Assembly (NCBI RefSeq): GCF_964355755.1
Contig: NC_092677.1
Location: 1,696,101-1,760,100 of the forward strand
Length of the DNA: 64,000 nt
Direction: 5' to 3'
Source: Antedon mediterranea
Lineage: Eukaryota > Animalia > Echinodermata
The translations under genes were made by a program, and so were the position numbers. Numbering within the stretch: the stretch's first letter is position 1; each line of letters opens with the position of its first letter. Shown piece by piece: positions 58,801 through 64,000 of the stretch. The notes below the pieces were generated by a model. The model was not told the DNA's origin and ran no database searches. It saw only the letters and a program-made list of their open reading frames with translations.

Positions 58801-61800
58801 ATGGTTCATAATAAGAACGTTAAATATGTAACACATTATTAATTATATGCAACATACCATCAGACCACATATATCCTGAACAGGAACAATACTGTATTTA
58901 TGGCATTAAAAGAAAAAACTACCTTGGCAGTTTGATGTCTGCATGAGCTGGGTTAAGTTACAGCAATTATACTGAACAAGAACCTTTTTTTTTTTTAAGC
59001 ACCTGTAACCTGTAATACTGGCTACTACTCTCTTGGTAGTGCTACCTCCTGCATACTCTGTCCTGGAGGTTATAAGTGTACCACTAACGATGCTTCACCA
59101 GTGATATGTACTGCAGGTTCCTATGCTGTCAATGGCAGTGTCAGTTGCTCTGTCAGTGATGAAGGTTTTTATGCACCAGTAGATGGACTTTCAGAGCAGA
59201 TAAGGTAATACAAATTGACATATGTACCACACCAAGAAAATTAGAAGATTTGCTATACAATCGAATTTGAACTGTACCCCTAAAAATATGCTATAAGATA
59301 AGGGTTGTCTCTTACACACATAAAAACAATAGCTTCCACTGTACCATGCCAAGACTGTTAAAGAGTAGCCATCCAATCATACTTCAATCACACCACGAAA
59401 GCCCTAATGCTGGATGTCTGTATATCAAGCAGAATTTATTTTATATTATAATACTGTTATTAATTGTTATCTTTTTAGTTGTGAAGAAGGTACATATGCA
59501 AATGAGACTGGTTCGTTGGAGTGTGAACTGTGCCCAGCTGGATCTGAATGTATTGATAGAGCCTCCACACCGGTTCCATGTTCTACCGGCTACTTCTCCC
59601 TTCAGGGAAATACAAGTTGTACCGAATGTACGGCAGGATATCAGTAAGTTCCACATTAACAAAATTCTAGCAGCATCACGCAAAATAATTCATCAATAAT
59701 ATCACAATTTATATTAATAATTACTATTTTGTTTAGGTGTCCAACTGCTGATTCCGAGCCAATCATATGCAATGCTGGTGAATATTCCCCAACCCAAATT
59801 ACGACCTGTGACCCCTGTCCGCTGGGTACATACTGTGCCAATACGCCAACAGGTACAACTACATCATGCCCTGCTGGTTGGTATGCTAACACAACTGGAA
59901 ATACAGAATGTACCATTTGTCAAATAGGTAAGTCCTGTATTTTATTTTTAAAAGACTTTTATCGATAATGTATGTTATTGTTAATGTAACTATATCAACA
60001 ACTGTTACTTATTGTGTTTAGGGCACCATTGTGACGATGCAACTCAGACTCCCTCAGAATGTGCAGTTGGTTACTATGGTGATTCAACAGGATTAGAACA
60101 GTGTATTCAGGTACGAATGTCATTTTATACAGAGACCCTGTACTCAGAAAAGAGGTATAAGGCAGATTTGTTGAAACTCTACATGATTTGCATATTTAGT
60201 GTATGATTCAATATTCTCTCTTTTTATTCTCAGTGCTCTCCAGGTTATTACACAACCTCCACTGGATCCGATTCATGCACTCGTTGCCCATCAGGCTACA
60301 AATGTCCAAACAGAGATCAGGAACCAGAAGCTTGTGAAGCTGGATTTGTAAGTCTCTATTAAGATTACGCTTACTTTCATTTCTGAAGGTTTAAGGTTTT
60401 GTGTGTTGTTATGTGTAATTATTATTAACGATTTAATTGAAAATGATAAATATATTGATAAATATTTTGAATCTCTAGTATTCAACTGGAGGAACAAGAG
60501 AGTGTTACCAATGTCCTACAGGTCAAGTGTGTGGTGACCCAACAGCAGTGCCTGCAACATGTAATGTAAGTATAAATAATTTTAAGTCTCTTTATATGGT
60601 CATTCTAATGAGGCAAATATTGTCACTGTAGATGGTCAAAGCTTTTTCATTTTCCTCTTCTTAATTTATTGAGTAAGTATCACCCTTCCAAAGTGATCGA
60701 TCGATGGTCTTCCATTTATCAACATTTACTTTAAATTAATACATTTTTAAGTATAGATGTTATATTTTGTATTATGATTATTTTGATTTCTTTTATTTCA
60801 CAGTATGGCGAGTATTCAAACAGCACAGCATGTGTTCCTTGTCCAATTGGGTTCATGTGTCCAACTCCTCTAGGATCACCACAAGAATGTCCAGCAGGAA
60901 CGTACCAAGATCAAGTGGGTCAAATCAGTTGTACCTTCTGTCCCGCAGGAAAACAGTGCCTTAATGTGACCAACACACCAGGTGACTGCGACGAAGGCTA
61001 TTACAGTGTCGCTGGTCAACAAGTTTGTACTGTCTGTCCTGAAGGTCAGTGGAGTTTGACTGGTGCAGGATCATGTTCATTGTGTCCCTCTGGACATGAA
61101 TGCCTTGATGGGTCAGCAAGGATTTCGCCCCGAAATTGTTCAGTGGGAACTTATGCTGCTGAAGGTGCTGGTATTTGTTCACCATGCCCTATAGGTAAGT
61201 TATAAAAACAAGTACTTGGTTTAGGCCTAGGATGGATACTAAGCAAAAACTTACCTATACTACTAAACTTGAATTATTTGAGAATTGAAATATAGGAATT
61301 CTAATTTTGTATTCATTTTGCAGGTACATACAGCTTTGAGCAGTCGTCAACATGTATAGCCTGTCCAGCAGGATACACCTGTCCATATGCAAATCAGTCA
61401 CCTGTACTCTGTGAGAATGGAACCTATTCTGGATCTGGTGAAGTAAGCACATTTGAAATTTCTACCATCTTAACATAATATGTTGGCATTCATTTATCTT
61501 AAAGCTAATATTGATGATGTTATGTTTCTTGACTTATTGTACATTAGTCAAATTATATGTTTTTTATCACAAATAAAACTTAATACTCACTGGATTTCTT
61601 TAGGTTACTTGTACTGATTGTCCAGCTGGATTTTATTGTGCTGACTCGTCAGTTGCGCCACAGCCATGTCCAGCAGGCACTTACTCTAATGACCGCTCAA
61701 AAGCTTGTGACCTTTGCCCAATTGGTCAATCATGCCTGAATCCTGGAGATTCACCCTCAAATTGTGACGATGGAACATACAGTGATTTGGTATGTATACA

Positions 61801-64000
61801 ATATTCAATTTGATTTATTTTTATACCATAAATAAAGAAAAAATACAGACACATTATTTATATTACTTTGAGAACAAGAACAAACAAAAATACAATCATT
61901 TATGGTACCAGGAATAGCCCTCTAATACTATCTAGAACTATTATTCGTAATTACCAAATGACTCGATATGAATTTCTTTTTATATAGGGGGATGTTTTAT
62001 GCTTTTCCTGTCCTGCTGGTTCATCTTGTAATTCAAGTACTGCTGTACCATGTGACACCGGATCATACAGCTTGTTGGGAGAATCAGATTGTACTGAGTG
62101 CAACGCTGGACAGGCCTGTCCATACACAGATCAACAACCTATAACTTGCCAGCCAGGCCAACATACTGATGGAATTAAGTTGCAAACACAGTGTACAGAC
62201 TGCCCGGCCGGGTTTGAGTGTCCTGATCCGAGGTAGTTGATTGGATGATTTTGGGTCACATGGCGTGCAATAGTACCATTACATTCATAAACATTCATTA
62301 TTTGTATACTATTTAATCCACTAAATTTTCATCAGTTACAGTTGCCACTGTTTTTGTATATTCAAAGTTCGTTTTTAAAATTACAAATTTTGTTTTTTCA
62401 GTTCTCTACCCCAAGCATGTTCAACAGGAACCTACACTTTAGAACAATACACAGAATGTGTCGCATGTCCTGCTGGCTATGAATGCCCGACAACAGACAG
62501 CGCCCCCGTTGCTTGTATTTCTGGCTCATACTCTAGTGGATCACAGGCCAACTGTACAGACTGCCCTGCAGGATTTGCGTGTCCGTCTACAACAGATCCA
62601 ACTGCCATGTTTCAATGTTTACCTGGTAACATTGTTATTTAATTTAACATCTTTATTTTACTACATTTACTTTTATGATTCTTTTGAAAATATTGGAATA
62701 GAGCTACCATACATCGTTATTCTCTAGAATTCACAATTTTTTAGAGTAAATTAAAACATTCTTAAACATAACAAATTAATGTATTCCTTTCATTCATAAT
62801 CTTATAGTCATTTCAGTATAGTGTAGAGTAGTAAAAAAATCAATTAAGTTAGTAAGAATATTACCAATTTCCATAAAATTTGATACTAATATAAGAATAC
62901 AATGGTTGGTAAAATAGTTTTTTTTAAATTTTATTCAAGGATCGTACTCCACTGGAATGCAGTCATACTGTACTGCTTGCTCTCCGGGCAAGTACTGTCC
63001 CGACATCGATGATGACAGTACTATCGGTGACTGTCCTGTAGGTACCTACTCCTATGTTGGGTTTTCTCGATGTCAGACTTGCGCCAACGGATGGGAATGT
63101 CCTAATACAGATGGCTCAGCGAATGTACAATGTGCAGCGGTAAGAAACTAATCGTCTGATTTTAAATGATAAAAAACGGATTGGTATGATGTTTTTCATT
63201 GGTCAATTATAATAGCAAACTAATGTGTTTTGTATGTTTGTTTTCAATTTTGGAAACATATATTTAATATTTTTTCATTAATATTAGATATTTATAATTA
63301 TAATAATAGAATAATGTTTGTTTTATCATCAGGGAACCTACTCTGTTGGTAATGCGACAGATTGTACAGATTGCCCAGAAGGTTATGCTTGCCCAAACAC
63401 AAACACAGATACAACCACACAGTGCTTGCCCGGAACATATTCTGTTGGCTTGCAAACGGTATGTAGGTCAATTCTTAATGGTGTCACTTATTGCTTAATT
63501 CCTCAATACAAAACATGATTCTAATGTCAACTTTCTCAAGCTAGACATTACTCAAAAGGTCTGGTTTATAAAACATTTGATTTTTAGTATATATCTTATA
63601 GTATTGAAACATTCATAACAAAAAGAAACTTCTCTATTTAGATAATTTCACACTTTTTCACAAATAGAGTCTATTTTACTACTTCAAATATTATTTATAG
63701 TTTTTTTCTTTATGTATTCAATTTTTTTTAATTTCCAACTTTTGGTTAAATTAGTGATTTTATAGATATTGCATTTTCAGTTAAGTGTAATACAGTAGTA
63801 TATTTTATATTATTCACAGGTGTGTACTAGGTGCCCCACTGGTAAACAATGTCCAAGCACTATCGCAGCAGACATTGAAGATTGTGAGGCAGGTCAATAC
63901 AGTATCGGAGGTCAAGAGTCATGTACTACTTGCCCAGGAGGTTATGCTTGCCCATCTGTTTACAGCAGCTACCAAATCACATGCTACCCTGGTTCATATG
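43806..64000 (+). CDS. Giant Cys-rich repeat protein (GCC2_GCC3 / ephrin-receptor-like C-P-x-G-x-Y/F repeats), 3' end outside the window
   Basis: Putative signal-peptide exon 43806-43872 (MNPVYSGRLLYSFVFILLYITT, then GTAA). More than 35 GT-AG exons follow from about 47591, all encoding CPAGYxC / CxxGTYSxxGxxxCxxC repeats with many N-x-S/T sites. The link between exon 1 and the 47591 exon is phase-discordant, so an intervening exon or alternative acceptor is needed. Confidence 0.8.
44115..44392. mobile_element. MITE-like inverted-repeat element
   Basis: ATGTACTTGTCAATTGTATGACC...CCCGGGAGATGTGCGTCA is matched by TGACGCACCTCTCCCGGGGTC...GGTCATACAATTGACAATGTACAT. Confidence 0.55.
45393..45707. 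repeat. 68-bp tandem repeat, about 4.6 units
   Basis: AATGCT starts at 45393, 45461, 45529, 45597 and about 45664. Unit AATGCTGTGTGTATCAATGGCGGGATCTCAATGGAGATACAAAATAAAATAAGCACTGAAAACATAGC. Confidence 0.93.
47270..47332. mobile_element. Tiny hairpin MITE (TAGGGAG termini, ISL2EU/Harbinger-like)
   Basis: TAGGGAGGTTTCGCAATCTTA ... TAAGGTTGCGGAAACCTCCCTA. A related element is at about 47694-47839. Confidence 0.6.
48680..48950 (-). mobile_element. Decayed tRNA-derived SINE with L2-like tail
   Basis: The reverse strand has a B-box-like AGTTCGAATCC and ends in TGCTCTGAGGCC...AGCGCCATATAA. Similar tails occur at about 1905-1960, 18670-18725, 20120-20198 and 47945-47985, and a tRNA-like head at about 17300-17390. 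Confidence 0.5.
49729..49870. mobile_element. 150-bp MITE copy
   Basis: AACTCTGTCTACACTATCAAAC ... GTTTGATAGTGTAGACTGAGCT. Confidence 0.8.
50545..54154 (+). repeat. Intragenic tandem duplication of an A/B exon pair (4 copies; exact 940-bp period in the core)
   Basis: A exons (279 nt): 50545-50823, 51531-51809, 52471-52749, 53403-53681. B exons (285 nt): 51025-51309, 51965-52249, 52905-53189, 53870-54154. The segments 51025-51964 and 51965-52904 are near-identical including introns. Confidence 0.95.
54235..54388. repeat. Degenerate about 25-bp tandem repeat
   Basis: TACCATTC(G/T)CAGTGTATTGCTT repeated about 6 times. Confidence 0.75.
56458..56590. mobile_element. 150-bp MITE copy
   Basis: AAGCTCTGTCTACACTATCAAAC ... 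GTTTGATAGAGAGCTT (right TIR partly deleted). Confidence 0.8.
56591..56669. repeat. 20-bp tandem repeat x4 abutting a MITE end
   Basis: ACAGTGATGTCACAGAGGTC x4. Confidence 0.9.

Overview
This is AT-rich, intron-containing animal genomic DNA, not prokaryotic. It is probably a marine invertebrate and plausibly an echinoderm, which I infer from an ABCH gene, Deu/Nin-like SINEs and strong TAGGCCTA enrichment. Five protein-coding genes can be assembled by eye: (1) the 3' part of CCDC191 (+, 44-6032); (2) a 263-aa single-coding-exon protein with permuted NlpC/P60 (PPPDE/LRAT-like) motifs and a C-terminal membrane anchor (-, 6456-7247); (3) a 17-exon type I membrane receptor with signal peptide, 6 Ig, 1 FN3, TM and an acidic tail (-, 10739-28170); (4) an ABCH half-transporter (-, 29419-40388); (5) the 5' part of a very large secreted or surface Cys-rich repeat protein (GCC2/GCC3-like; +, from about 43806, running off the window). 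Gene 5 contains 13 consecutive symmetric phase-1 exons, eight of them near-identical A/B copies. Introns hold many non-autonomous DNA transposons with readable termini and TSDs (Harbinger-like MITEs, and elements with 5-bp, 9-bp and 3-bp TSDs), SINEs and minisatellites. Several tandem duplications are anchored on splice sites. I found no CRISPR array, rRNA or intact tRNA. Gene models were read manually and need RNA-seq confirmation.
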